Shown here piece by piece: positions 1 to 9,881 of a stretch of 64,000 nt of DNA. The position numbers were made by a program, and so were the translations under genes. Numbering within the stretch: position 1 is the stretch's first letter; each line of letters opens with the position of its first letter. The DNA is from Candidatus Iainarchaeum sp. (lineage in GTDB: Archaea; Iainarchaeota; Iainarchaeia; Iainarchaeales; JAAZKV01). Location of the stretch: assembly GCA_028702895.1 (NCBI GenBank), contig JAQVNZ010000002.1, positions 9,296 through 73,295 of the forward strand. The letters run 5' to 3'. The notes under the pieces are model-generated. The model was not told the origin of the DNA, ran no database searches, and saw nothing but the letters and a program-made list of their open reading frames with translations.

Positions 1-624
1 TACTAAATCATTTCTTCCACTTGCGTGTGAAGGGTCCGCTATAACTGGCAAGTTTGTTTTTTCTTTAAGTATTTTAATCATTAATGGATCAAAAGTAAAT
101 CTCGTACTGTTCTCAAAAGTTCTTATTCCTCTATAACAAAGTATTATATTTTCTTTTCCATTTGCGAGTAAATATTCAACTGAGCCTAAAAATTCTTCAA
201 TATTTGCTCCAAAACCATTTTTTAATATTATAGGATTTTTTACTTTGCTTAATTCTTTTAATAATTCATAGTTTTGCATGTTTCTAGCACCAACTCGTAG
301 AACATCAATTAATTCACTGGCCCTTTTTACTTGTCTAGAATCAGTTATTTCACTTTCAGTTGCCAAATCATATTTTTTTCCGATTTTGTTAAGCATTTCT
401 AATCCTTTTTCTTCTAATCCTTGAAAAGAATATGGGTTAGTTCTTGGTTTGTAAGCGCTAGCTCTAATTATTTTTATATTATTTTTTACTAGGACTTTGG
501 CCGTTTTTTCTAATTGTTCATAGCTTTCAATAGAACAAGGGCCCGCGATAATTACAAAATCTTTTTTTATGTTTAAACCATTTATTTTTATTTTTGGTTT
601 TACTATAGAATATTTTATTTTCAT
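1..624 (-). CDS. aroF: 3-deoxy-7-phosphoheptulonate (DAHP) synthase, type I-beta, 3'-truncated by window edge
   Basis: Manual translation from ATG at 624: MKIKYS...IIAGPCSIES...AYKPRTNPYSFQGL...VGARNMQN...ADPSHASG; not in ORF track. Confidence 0.93.
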   Translation of the reverse strand, partial: MKIKYSIVKPKIKINGLNIKKDFVIIAGPCSIESYEQLEKTAKVLVKNNIKIIRASAYKPRTNPYSFQGLEEKGLEMLNKIGKKYDLATESEITDSRQVKRASELIDVLRVGARNMQNYELLKELSKVKNPIILKNGFGANIEEFLGSVEYLLANGKENIILCYRGIRTFENSTRFTFDPLMIKILKEKTNLPVIADPSHASGRNDLV

Positions 625-791
625 AATTAATCATTGTATTAAAGAATTATAAATTTGTTTTTTGAAATTTTGTTTTAATTTACTATTTTTTACAATTATT
701 TTTTTTAAATAAAATAATTTGTGCGTATATGAATTATTATTTAACAAAACTCTTATATAATTCATAATATTTATTATTTAATGGTGATTAA

Positions 792-2531
792 TTGATTTTT
801 AATAAAAATAATTTTTCTGGCCAAGGGACTATTGAGTATTTGGTAATAATTGCTATTGTTGTGGTTATTGGTTTATCAGTAGTTGCTATTTTAACTGGTT
901 TTTTGGATAATACTGGTGCGACTAGTGATTCGAGTCAAGACATTTCATTATTAACTAAAGATATTGCGATTACAGAAGTGTTACTAAATCCAACTGGGAT
1001 ATATGCAATTAATCTAAAATCAAATTTACCAAAAAACATTACTATTACTAAAGTTAGTTTAGGCGATTTTGACCAAGATATAACTGTTGATAATAAATTA
1101 TTTTTAGGAAATAAAAAACTTTTTACAGTATCTGATACTGAATCCAAGAATTGTGTTATTGGAGAATATGTTTCTAAAAAAATTGTGATTACTTATGTTA
1201 CTGCTCAAGGTTTACCTAAAACTCAAGAAATTGATAATGTAAGAATTCCTTGTCAATCTTTTGTAGCTGGAGTTCAATGTGCACTAGGTGAATTTGAACA
1301 TGATGGTGCATGTATTGTTTGTGAAAATAATCCTGATACTGGTGAAAAATTTGCTTTTGGATCTGGGACAGAAGAGGATCCTTATTTGATTTGTAGTTGG
1401 GAACAATTAAGCAATGTTCGTGAAAAATTAAATAGTTCATTTTTATTAAAAACAGATTTGACTGAAGATAGTAATAATTATGCGAATTTTAATTTGAGTG
1501 TAACAGGTTGGGATCCAATAGGTGACATACCTTATTGTAATAGTTCTGGTGGATTAGAATGTGAAGATAAATCAACTTGCGAAAAAGATTTTGGTTGTGG
1601 AAGCGATTGGGTGGAAAATAATTATTGTTCTAGTAGTGATTATGGGCCTGATGAATATGCGTGTAAGGAAAGCGCAGACATTTGTGAAAATGAATGTTTG
1701 GGTGACGCGGGAGAGTATTTTATGTGTCAGGGCCCATCATGGGTTTGCGGAGAGTTTTTGGATTCTGGGAGTTGTAACAATGCAGATTATGAAACGGTTG
1801 GATATTGTTGGGGGGAATCCTTTAATGGGGTCTGCGAAGTATACATGAGTAATCGAACCGAATGCGAGAGAAATTATGCTGGGATGTGTGGAGGGTCAGA
1901 TCCTGAGTGCGAGTGGCATTGGGACGAATATGATTGTGAATGGGATGGTGAAAATAACCCATCTGGTTGTACTTGGAATGAAATGGGTCCATGTCACTGG
2001 GATGGTGGGTGTTTTTGGTATGGTGAATGTTATAATATAGGTGGATGTAATGATAGTGAATTCCTTTGTACTACGTGTTATGGTAATATGTCTGGTAATG
2101 GGGTATGGATTGAAGGGGGGTATTGTGATGGTGCGATGTCGTGTGACAATGAGAGTGATTGTGAAAAGCCGTTAGGTTGTGGTTCAGATTGGATTGTGAA
2201 TAATTTTGTTGGAAATTTTGATGGAGAAAACCATACAATAAAAGGATTAAAAATTAACGATGATTCGGCTAGCATTATGGGTTTATTTAGAGAAACTGGG
2301 CAAAGTGGTCCACAAACTATAATAAAAAACACTATTTTGGAAGATATTTATATAATGGGGAATAATAATTTGGGCGGGGTTTCTGGAATAATTAATAATA
2401 CTCTTATTGACAATGTGCATGTTACTGGAAATATTTATGGTGGCCAAAATTTAGGCGGAATAGCGGGTATTGTAAGCGATGATTCTGAAATTAAAAATTC
2501 AACAGATGATGTAGAAATTTCTCCTTATTAA
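792..2531 (+). CDS. Class III signal peptide (pilin-like) surface protein with GLUG-type repeats and a large Cys-rich insertion
   Basis: N-term GQGTIEYLVIIAIVVVIG (Q+1/E+5 prepilin motif); GSGTEEDPYLI, WDPIG..FVGNFDG, NLGGIAG; TTG start with GGTGA SD at 783-787. Confidence 0.85.
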   Translation: MIFNKNNFSGQGTIEYLVIIAIVVVIGLSVVAILTGFLDNTGATSDSSQDISLLTKDIAITEVLLNPTGIYAINLKSNLPKNITITKVSLGDFDQDITVDNKLFLGNKKLFTVSDTESKNCVIGEYVSKKIVITYVTAQGLPKTQEIDNVRIPCQSFVAGVQCALGEFEHDGACIVCENNPDTGEKFAFGSGTEEDPYLICSWEQLSNVREKLNSSFLLKTDLTEDSNNYANFNLSVTGWDPIGDIPYCNSSGGLECEDKSTCEKDFGCGSDWVENNYCSSSDYGPDEYACKESADICENECLGDAGEYFMCQGPSWVCGEFLDSGSCNNADYETVGYCWGESFNGVCEVYMSNRTECERNYAGMCGGSDPECEWHWDEYDCEWDGENNPSGCTWNEMGPCHWDGGCFWYGECYNIGGCNDSEFLCTTCYGNMSGNGVWIEGGYCDGAMSCDNESDCEKPLGCGSDWIVNNFVGNFDGENHTIKGLKINDDSASIMGLFRETGQSGPQTIIKNTILEDIYIMGNNNLGGVSGIINNTLIDNVHVTGNIYGGQNLGGIAGIVSDDSEIKNSTDDVEISPY

Positions 2532-2678
2532 AATAAAAAATAACATTAATTTTGTATTAATTAAGGAATATATGTTATAAAAAAATTTAGTGTATATAGT
2601 TACTATTTTAGGTTAGTGATTTTGAAAGTAATCCTTATCTTATTTTAAATTAATTTATTTTTGTCAATTTTTTTATAT

Positions 2679-2834
2679 TTAGCATATTGGGCAAGAATTG
2701 TTTTGCATTTTTGTTTTTGCTAGTTTTACTAATTTTTGATTTCGTAATTTTAAATTTCTTTCTTTTTTCTTTGTTATTGCGCATAGTTCGTCACAAGTTA
2801 GTTTTTGTACTAATTCTTTTTCGTTTTTTATCAT
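2679..2834 (-). CDS. Small 51-aa basic protein with CxxxC and C-terminal CPIC (putative metal-binding microprotein)
   Basis: GAGGTGA SD 6 nt before ATG; open frame MIKNEKELVQKLTCDELC...NNSCPIC*; below ORF-track cutoff. Confidence 0.6.
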   Translation of the reverse strand: MIKNEKELVQKLTCDELCAITKKKERNLKLRNQKLVKLAKTKMQNNSCPIC

Positions 2835-2959
2835 TTTTTTCACCTCTATTTTTTTGTAATATATTATATGAAGTAATATTCATATGTGTTTTTATGTGTT
2901 GCCTTTTTCTGGTTTTTTTATTTAAATAGTTTTTTTAATTAATTATATATTTAAAAAAT

Positions 2960-4492
2960 TTATTCGATTTGCCATTTTAATATTGGATAATTATCTATTC
3001 TTGGTTCCCAAATATCTGGTGACCAATTTAACTTTAAAGGATCAAAAGGTATTCCGCCTGATCCAAAATAATCTGTTTCTTGGTTAATTGTTTTTTTACA
3101 ACCGGTATCTGTTTGAGTGCCTGATTGAGTAGTGTAACAATATTCTTGCTTAGTTAATTCAGAATCCCAATATGAATTTGTGATTGTGCCGTTAGAATTA
3201 TTTCCTATTAATCCTCCAATCGGGTTAATTCCAATAATTTCTCCGGTTGCAAAGGAATTACTAATTTTATTCCCGTATGTTAAATTGCCTACTAGTCCGC
3301 CTACAAAATCTTCTGTTGCAGTTACATTACTAATTGAATAAGAATTTGAAAGATCTCCGCTAAAATATCCTATTAGTCCGCCTGTTGTATTATACCCAGT
3401 TACATTTCCTGTTGTGTATGTGTTAGTTATATTTCCGCTGCTAGATCCAATTAATCCTCCCACATAGGATAAATAGGCCCAACTTGCAATAGTTCCTTGG
3501 GTATTTCCGCTTGTAAATGAATTTAGTACATTTCCTGTCGATTCTCCAATTAATCCGCCGACAGTTTGGTTTCCAATTATATTATGGTCTACAATTCCTA
3601 CATTAGAAATATTTCCGCTAGAATGTCCAAAAAAACCAATATATCTTTGGGCTGGTCGATAAATATGAATATTAGAAATTATTTTATTGTTTCCATTAAA
3701 ATCTCCCCTAAATGAGAATTCATAATTGGGTGTGGGGTAAGCGTGACATTCATTGCCTGATCCGCAAGTTCCTATTGGTTCCCATCCGTTTCCATCGTTC
3801 CATGTTTTTGTGTCGCTTGCGTCAATGTTGTTTATTAAAATAAAATTTTTGTCTAAATATTCGCCTCTGATTTTGTTTAAATCGTTTAAAGTGCAAATTG
3901 GGATTGGGTTTGGTTGAGGGGTTTGTTCTAAATTAAAGCAGTCTTGGTGTTTTGGTTGTATTGGTTGTTTTTCTGGTTGGATTGTTGAGTTACATTGGGT
4001 TATTGTTGTTTGGGTGATTGTTTTTTCTAATCCGTATTTTGTTATGTATGTTATTTGAAATTCACAGGTTCTTGTTTGTTGATTTGGTTCACATGTACAG
4101 GTGTTAGTTAGTTCTATTAGTTCTGTGTTGCCTTGGGCTATTTTGGGATTGTTATATTCGTTTATTCCGGTGTCTGTTGTTATTTTTGTTAGAGTGATTG
4201 TTTCTCCAGTATTGTTTTTAAAGTTTAATAGTCCTGTATCGTTTGTTATGCTAAATGCGTCTATTATTGTTATTCCTCCTACCCCGATTTGTCCTTTTAG
4301 TTGTTCGTTTGTTTGAGTGATTTGTTGTGTGTCAAAAAGGTTTGTTGAGATTCCTACTACTATTAATCCGATAACAATAACGATTGCAATAATAACTAAA
4401 TATTCTATGGTTCCTTGGGCGTTATTATTTTGATGAAACTTTTTTAAAAAGGTTATAATATTCGGGTGGACATTTTTTTTAATTTTATTCAT
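2960..4492 (-). CDS. Class III signal peptide surface protein with GLUG repeats
   Basis: AQGTIEYLVIIAIVIVIG; multiple VGGLIG repeats; paralog of 61049-62725. Confidence 0.85.
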   Translation of the reverse strand: MNKIKKNVHPNIITFLKKFHQNNNAQGTIEYLVIIAIVIVIGLIVVGISTNLFDTQQITQTNEQLKGQIGVGGITIIDAFSITNDTGLLNFKNNTGETITLTKITTDTGINEYNNPKIAQGNTELIELTNTCTCEPNQQTRTCEFQITYITKYGLEKTITQTTITQCNSTIQPEKQPIQPKHQDCFNLEQTPQPNPIPICTLNDLNKIRGEYLDKNFILINNIDASDTKTWNDGNGWEPIGTCGSGNECHAYPTPNYEFSFRGDFNGNNKIISNIHIYRPAQRYIGFFGHSSGNISNVGIVDHNIIGNQTVGGLIGESTGNVLNSFTSGNTQGTIASWAYLSYVGGLIGSSSGNITNTYTTGNVTGYNTTGGLIGYFSGDLSNSYSISNVTATEDFVGGLVGNLTYGNKISNSFATGEIIGINPIGGLIGNNSNGTITNSYWDSELTKQEYCYTTQSGTQTDTGCKKTINQETDYFGSGGIPFDPLKLNWSPDIWEPRIDNYPILKWQIE

Positions 4493-4575
4493 TATAATAT
4501 TTAACTAAGTTAATCAATTTAAAGTTTTTTATTTTTTTGCGTTTGGTTTAAATTTTTTTTGTTTACAATTTATTT

Positions 4576-4872
4576 ATGTTTCTTGCTACTCTTCTAAATA
4601 TTCTTCCTTTGGAATTAGAAATGGGTTTATTGGCTGGTTTTGCGATTGCTTCTTCTGGTTATATTCAAGCGTATTCAAAAAAAGGTTGTGATGGGAAGCG
4701 AGAAAAATTTGATATTGATAAATTTTTTACTACTATTTTAATTGGAGGCGCGGTAGGATTATTACTAGCGTTTGTAGGTTCTTTTGAAGGTGCGATTAAC
4801 TTGTTTTTGGTAAATGCGGGAATAGTATCTATTGTTAGTAGTTTAATAAAAGCATTTTTGAGAATAAAATAA
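4576..4872 (+). CDS. Small membrane protein (about 3 TM)
   Basis: Hydrophobic helices, EKFDIDKFFTTILIGGAVG, basic C-terminus. Confidence 0.7.
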   Translation: MFLATLLNILPLELEMGLLAGFAIASSGYIQAYSKKGCDGKREKFDIDKFFTTILIGGAVGLLLAFVGSFEGAINLFLVNAGIVSIVSSLIKAFLRIK

Positions 4873-4996
4873 ATTATAATTTTTGATTAATTTTTTGTTT
4901 GTTTTGATTAATTTGCTATTAATTTAGATTTATTTTCAAAATAATTATTTTTTTTGTAATAGTAATATTTATTTATGTCCTTTCCTTATTATCTTA

Positions 4997-5602
4997 ATGG
5001 ATAAAATATTTTCAGATGATAAAAAAGCTCTTTTTTTTGTTATAGAAGAATTTTTTTTAGTTTTGTTAATTATTTTTCAAATTTATTTGTTACTAGGAAT
5101 TCAAAGAGTTGGATTAAATTTAGTTTTTTTTACCAAACCAATTTTCGCACAAAATATTTTGTGGTTAGTTTCAACAATTCTTTTCTTTTTAACACTTTAT
5201 TTTGGTATTACAATAAGAGATAAAAAAGTTATTGCAGTTCACCAAGAATTTTCTAAATTAGTTTTTGGTACAACAAAACAAAAAATTGTTGAAGCTAATA
5301 AAGAAAAAATGGTTTTATTATTTTTTGAATTTATTTTTGCAATAGTCCTTGCAATTTCAATTTACATTTACTTGGATCCTCAAATAAATTGGGTTCCTTG
5401 GCCATTTAATTATATAACTTTTTTCGCCATACTTGCTTTTGGATTATTTTTATTTTCTAAAACAAAAGTTTTTAGAGAATCAATTTATGAGTCTTCAAAT
5501 ATTAGAAAAAAAATTCATCCTGCTGAAAGATTATTTCCTACTAAAAGAATAACTAATATAAGGACTGGTTCAATTAGAATTAAGGGTAAGAAAAAAAATT
5601 AA
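4997..5602 (+). CDS. Hypothetical membrane protein (4 TM, apparent internal duplication)
   Basis: Two similar hydrophobic hairpins; basic tail. Confidence 0.7.
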   Translation: MDKIFSDDKKALFFVIEEFFLVLLIIFQIYLLLGIQRVGLNLVFFTKPIFAQNILWLVSTILFFLTLYFGITIRDKKVIAVHQEFSKLVFGTTKQKIVEANKEKMVLLFFEFIFAIVLAISIYIYLDPQINWVPWPFNYITFFAILAFGLFLFSKTKVFRESIYESSNIRKKIHPAERLFPTKRITNIRTGSIRIKGKKKN

Positions 5603-5707
5603 AAAAGTTTGAAAAAATTAAATGTATGAAAAGAAAGTAAAAAATGATTTTGAATTAGTTTGTTTATTAATTTTATTTAATAATAATTTTAATTTGAGTT
5701 GATTATA

Positions 5708-7084
5708 ATGGCTTTAAAAAAAAGTGTTTCTTTGTGGCAAGCGGTTTTTTATGGTATTGGAATAATTTTTGGTGCAGGAATTTATGCTCTTATTGGTTCT
5801 GCTGCTGGAATAATTGGTAATATGCTTTGGCTACCATTTTTATTAGCGTCTATTGTTGCAGCTCTTACCGCGTTTTCTTATGCTGAACTAAGTTCTTATT
5901 TTCCTAAAGCTGCTGCGGAATCAGTTTATGTTAAAGAAGCATTTGGAAAAGAATTTTTATCATTTTTTATTGGCTTTGTAGTATTAATAACAATTCTTTT
6001 TTCTATTGCTACTGTGGCATGGGGTTTTACATCTTATTTTAAATTATTTTTTTTATGGCCTTCGTTATTAGTTGCTATTGGTTTGATTGTTATTTGTTCT
6101 ATAATAAATTTTTTTGGAATAGAGGGGAGTGTTAAATTAAATTTTTTGCTAACCATTATTGGCGGTAGTGGTTTAGTAATAATAATAATTTTTGGTTTGC
6201 CTTTTGTGGGCTCTGTTAATTTATTTGAAATGTCAGCTACTGTTTCTAATACTGGTTTTGTTTCAGCAATTTTTTCTAGTATTGCTCTAATATTTTTTGC
6301 ATATATTGGTTTTGAAGGAATAGCAAATATTTCTGAAGAAGTTACTTCTGCGAAAACAATTGTTCCAAAAGCAATTATTATTTCATTAGTTATTGCAACT
6401 ATTATTTATGTTTTAGTTGCAATTGTATCAGTTAGTGCTGTTTCGCCAATAGAATTAGCAAATGCTAATAATTCTAATAATCTTTTGACTGGTGGGCCCC
6501 TAGCTTTAGTTGCGGATAAAGTGGTAATGCCTGGTTTTGGTTATTGGCTTAGTTTAGCAGCATTATTTGCTACTTCAAGTACTATTTTGTTATTGCTTGT
6601 AGTTTCTAGTAGATTATTATATGGTTTAGCAAATCTTGGATTTTTGCCAAAAATATTTTCAAAAACACATTCTAAAACAAAAACCCCTTACTTTTCAGTA
6701 ATTGTAGTGGGATCGATAGGCATATTGTTTTTATTCATAGGAGATATTGAAATGCTTGGAAATTTAACTACTCTGGGGACATTTTTAATGTTCTTTTTTG
6801 TTAATGCTTCATTAATTGCTATTCGTATTAAAGAAAATCCTAAGAAATTAAACTTTATTTCTCCGGTTAATATTGGTAAATTCCCTATACTCGCTATTAT
6901 TGGTGCAATTTTTTGTGCTTTTATGTTTTTAACACAATACTGGCAAAAAATGCAATTATTCCAAATTCCTTTAATTATTTTTGGCTTAATGATTTTTTTG
7001 ATATCAGTTCCAATATATTTATTATTTAAAAAAGATAAGAATATTAAAAAAAGAATTAAAGAAAAGAAATGGCCGAATAAATAA
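5708..7084 (+). CDS. APC family amino acid permease
   Basis: GIIFGAGIY, YAELSS..P, FFAYIGFE, SRLLYG motifs; about 12 TM. Confidence 0.92.
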   Translation: MALKKSVSLWQAVFYGIGIIFGAGIYALIGSAAGIIGNMLWLPFLLASIVAALTAFSYAELSSYFPKAAAESVYVKEAFGKEFLSFFIGFVVLITILFSIATVAWGFTSYFKLFFLWPSLLVAIGLIVICSIINFFGIEGSVKLNFLLTIIGGSGLVIIIIFGLPFVGSVNLFEMSATVSNTGFVSAIFSSIALIFFAYIGFEGIANISEEVTSAKTIVPKAIIISLVIATIIYVLVAIVSVSAVSPIELANANNSNNLLTGGPLALVADKVVMPGFGYWLSLAALFATSSTILLLLVVSSRLLYGLANLGFLPKIFSKTHSKTKTPYFSVIVVGSIGILFLFIGDIEMLGNLTTLGTFLMFFFVNASLIAIRIKENPKKLNFISPVNIGKFPILAIIGAIFCAFMFLTQYWQKMQLFQIPLIIFGLMIFLISVPIYLLFKKDKNIKKRIKEKKWPNK

Positions 7085-7138
7085 GAGTGTTTTTTTATTA
7101 TAATTTAAAAATTGTTTTTTTATTTAATATTTTTGATT

Positions 7139-7384
7139 TTATTTTTGTTTTAATATAATTTTTCTTATATCTAATAATAAAGCTAAAATGCAGGTTAATA
7201 AAATTGTTATTATAAATAACATCATTAGTTCTTTTGTGATTGTGCCTGGGCCAATATTAGTGAAAATTAGTCCTACTATTAAACCAGCGATTATTACGAA
7301 TAAGATTTTTTTCCATGAAAAATCATTTTTATTAATAAAATCATTTTTAAGAATAAATTCTTTTTTTGTTTTCTTTTTAATCAT
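7139..7384 (-). CDS. Small 2-TM hypothetical protein
   Basis: ATG start, TATA-like box ~30 nt upstream, two hydrophobic segments. Confidence 0.6.
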   Translation of the reverse strand: MIKKKTKKEFILKNDFINKNDFSWKKILFVIIAGLIVGLIFTNIGPGTITKELMMLFIITILLTCILALLLDIRKIILKQK

Positions 7385-7486
7385 AAAATAACAATTATTA
7401 TATTAGTTTTACTGTATTTAAATATTTTCTTTTTTAATTTTTTAAGTTTTTTTAAAAATAAAATTATTTTTATTTCCAATTAAGTT

Positions 7487-8509
7487 TTATTTCCAATTAA
7501 TTTTTATTTCATCAGTTCTTTGTTTTGGTTTTATTATTGAATTATTAATGCTTGTTTTGTAACCATTTTTTTTCATTAATATTCCTAGCCAGGCAATCAT
7601 TATTGCGTTATCTACCATTACGTTGTTTGGCGGAACATAAAGTTTAGCGCCTCGATCTTCGCACATTTTCAAAACCATTTCTTGTAATGCTTTTGAACAA
7701 CCTACTCCCCCGCCAAGTAATACTTCTTTTTTCTTAGTGTGTGCAAGTGCGCGTTCTGTTACTTCGGTTAACATTGCAAACGCGTTATGTAGCGATGAAT
7801 AAATTAAGTTATTTATCTCTTGTTCTTTTTCACTTTGACTAATATTTTGTTTTAAAATTTCTTCATATTTTGTTATACTTGCAGTTAATAATCCAGAAAA
7901 AGCTAGGTCCATTCCTTTTACAGTATAAGGTAAGTTGATAAATTTTTTTCCTAAAAAATATCTTTTATCTAGTTCTGGTCCTGCTGGAAAACCAAGTCCT
8001 AATTTTCTTCCAAACGTGTCTAAAAAATTTCCTATTCCAGTGTCTAAGGTTTCGCCAAAAATTCTATAATAATTATTTTCAAAACAAATTATTTGAGTAT
8101 TTGCTCCTGACGCGTATAGTAATACTGGGTCACTTGCTTTGCATAATATTCTACCAATTTCAATATGTGCTATGCAATGATTTACTCCGATTAAAGGGAT
8201 GTTATATAATAATGATAATTGTCTGGCAGTTATTGCTCCAATTCTTAAAGAATTTCCTATTCCTGGCCCTTGAGAAAAAGCAATTAGGTCAATATCATTT
8301 ATTTTTTTTTTAGATTTTTCTAACGCTGATTTTATTAGGGGGTGAATATTTTTGCTGTGGTGTTCAGATAATTCTCTGGGAATTAAACCTCCTTTTTCTG
8401 TTGTAAACATTTTTTTCTCATGTGAAAGAATATTACAATCTTCGTCTATGATTGCTACTGCTATTGTGTGTGCTGTTGATTCAATTCCTAAACACAAAAA
8501 TTTTTTCAT
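7487..8509 (-). CDS. kae1: tRNA N6-threonylcarbamoyltransferase Kae1 (stand-alone)
   Basis: LGIESTAHT, SQGPG, NHCIAHIE, SGANTQ, DNAIMIAW. Confidence 0.96.
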   Translation of the reverse strand: MKKFLCLGIESTAHTIAVAIIDEDCNILSHEKKMFTTEKGGLIPRELSEHHSKNIHPLIKSALEKSKKKINDIDLIAFSQGPGIGNSLRIGAITARQLSLLYNIPLIGVNHCIAHIEIGRILCKASDPVLLYASGANTQIICFENNYYRIFGETLDTGIGNFLDTFGRKLGLGFPAGPELDKRYFLGKKFINLPYTVKGMDLAFSGLLTASITKYEEILKQNISQSEKEQEINNLIYSSLHNAFAMLTEVTERALAHTKKKEVLLGGGVGCSKALQEMVLKMCEDRGAKLYVPPNNVMVDNAIMIAWLGILMKKNGYKTSINNSIIKPKQRTDEIKINWK

Positions 8510-8589
8510 AATTAAACCTGTTTTTTAAATTTATTTTTTTTGTTATTTTTGATTTTCTCTTTTTTATTATTTAATTGTATTTTAAATTA

Positions 8590-9135
8590 TTATATTAAAT
8601 ATAATATAACAGCTAATAAATTATATAATAAATGTCCAAAATAATTTTGTATTATTGAATTATTTTTTTTAAACCAATATGCTAGTATTAATCCAAGAAA
8701 AAAAACGCCAATAGTTTGGGTTATTGATTCATATCCTAAATGAAAAAAAGTGAATATTATTGTTGAGAATAATATTCCAATATTTTTTTGTAGGAATGCT
8801 CTAAAAAAAAATTCTTCTATAAAAACAATTATTGTTAAAGATAGTATAAAAAAAATTGGTGTAATAAAACCATTCTTAATAAAATTTGCAACATTATCCA
8901 TATCGTTTATTTGTATATTAAAAATTATTTCTATTGCGCTTATTGTTGTTGCAATAACCAAAAAACCAAGTATTAATATTCCAAAAAGTTTTAATGATCC
9001 TATTAATTCTTTTTTTAATTCCTTATTTTTTGGGAGTAATTCTTTTTTTATTTCATCCCAAGTCTTTTTTTTTATTACTCGATAATAAAATAGGGGTATT
9101 AGTATGAATAATGAAAATAATACTATGCTTTCCAT
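8590..9135 (-). CDS. CPBP (CAAX/Abi) family intramembrane metalloprotease
   Basis: EEFFFR, FTFFH, HLLYN motifs in TM protein. Confidence 0.88.
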   Translation of the reverse strand: MESIVLFSLFILIPLFYYRVIKKKTWDEIKKELLPKNKELKKELIGSLKLFGILILGFLVIATTISAIEIIFNIQINDMDNVANFIKNGFITPIFFILSLTIIVFIEEFFFRAFLQKNIGILFSTIIFTFFHLGYESITQTIGVFFLGLILAYWFKKNNSIIQNYFGHLLYNLLAVILYLI

Positions 9136-9186
9136 GTAGTATAGTTATAATTAAAGTTAAATTAAATGTTTCTATTTAATTTTAAT

Positions 9187-9360
9187 TTATTTTTTTTCTG
9201 TATAACTACATTTTCCACAAGAATATCTATCTTTGTGTTCTGCCATAAATATTCCTGGCCCACATTTTGGGCAAAATTTACCTGTTCTTTTTATTTCTTC
9301 TGCGTTAACAGAATATTTTTTTGATTTTTTTATTTTTGGTTTTTGTTTTTTTTCAGCCAT
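9187..9360 (-). CDS. rps27ae: 30S ribosomal protein S27ae (eS31)
   Basis: Manual translation: [24 protein letters not shown]; GGTGA SD; follows S24e. Confidence 0.95.
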   Translation of the reverse strand: MAEKKQKPKIKKSKKYSVNAEEIKRTGKFCPKCGPGIFMAEHKDRYSCGKCSYTEKK

Positions 9361-9369
9361 TTAATTCAC

Positions 9370-9666
9370 CTATTCTTTTTTTTCTTCAACTTTTTTTGGT
9401 TTGTTTCTATTAATCATATATTTTCTTTCATTTTTTAATAAATCTTTTTCATTATCATAAATTCTTGCGTCAATAATATTTGTTATTGTTCCAAATTTAC
9501 TGGCAATTTTTTTAATTATTACGTTTTCTTCTTTAGCACTTAATTTTACTGCTAATTGTTTTCTTATTTCTTCTCTTGTAGGAATTATTTTTTCTTCAAT
9601 TTGGGCTTTTACTTCAAATCTATTTAATAATTCATTTTTATCATTTTTTAGTATTGTTATTTTCAT
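9370..9666 (-). CDS. rps24e: 30S ribosomal protein S24e
   Basis: NELLNRFEV, PTREEIR..LA, FG, ARIY; synteny. Confidence 0.93.
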   Translation of the reverse strand: MKITILKNDKNELLNRFEVKAQIEEKIIPTREEIRKQLAVKLSAKEENVIIKKIASKFGTITNIIDARIYDNEKDLLKNERKYMINRNKPKKVEEKKE

Positions 9667-9671
9667 TTTCC

Positions 9672-9866
9672 TCACCTGCTTAATCTTAACGCGAATTTTC
9701 CTGTTCTAGTTATATTCATTTTTTTTGCAATTTCAGAATTTTCTGCATTTAATATTACTACATAGCCTCTCCAAAATGTTGTGAAATTACTACCTTCACA
9801 ATTTGGACACTTGTCTCCTTCTTCTATTAGGAATCTACAATCCCTACAAGCTTTTTCTTTTACCAT
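9672..9866 (-). CDS. spt4: Transcription elongation factor Spt4 (RpoE'')
   Basis: ACRDC..CPNC..WRGYVVI..SEIAK..GKFAL. Confidence 0.96.
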   Translation of the reverse strand: MVKEKACRDCRFLIEEGDKCPNCEGSNFTTFWRGYVVILNAENSEIAKKMNITRTGKFALRLSR

Positions 9867-9881
9867 AATATCAATTCCAAT

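Noticed and set aside
1524-2204. Cys-rich GC-shifted insert as a DGR variable region
   Set aside because: No reverse transcriptase, template repeat or adenine-specific mismatch pair in the window; the flanking repeats differ at all base types.
2687-2929. 80-aa Phe/Leu-rich plus-strand ORF
   Set aside because: Low complexity, TTG start without SD; the opposite-strand ORF has a strong SD.
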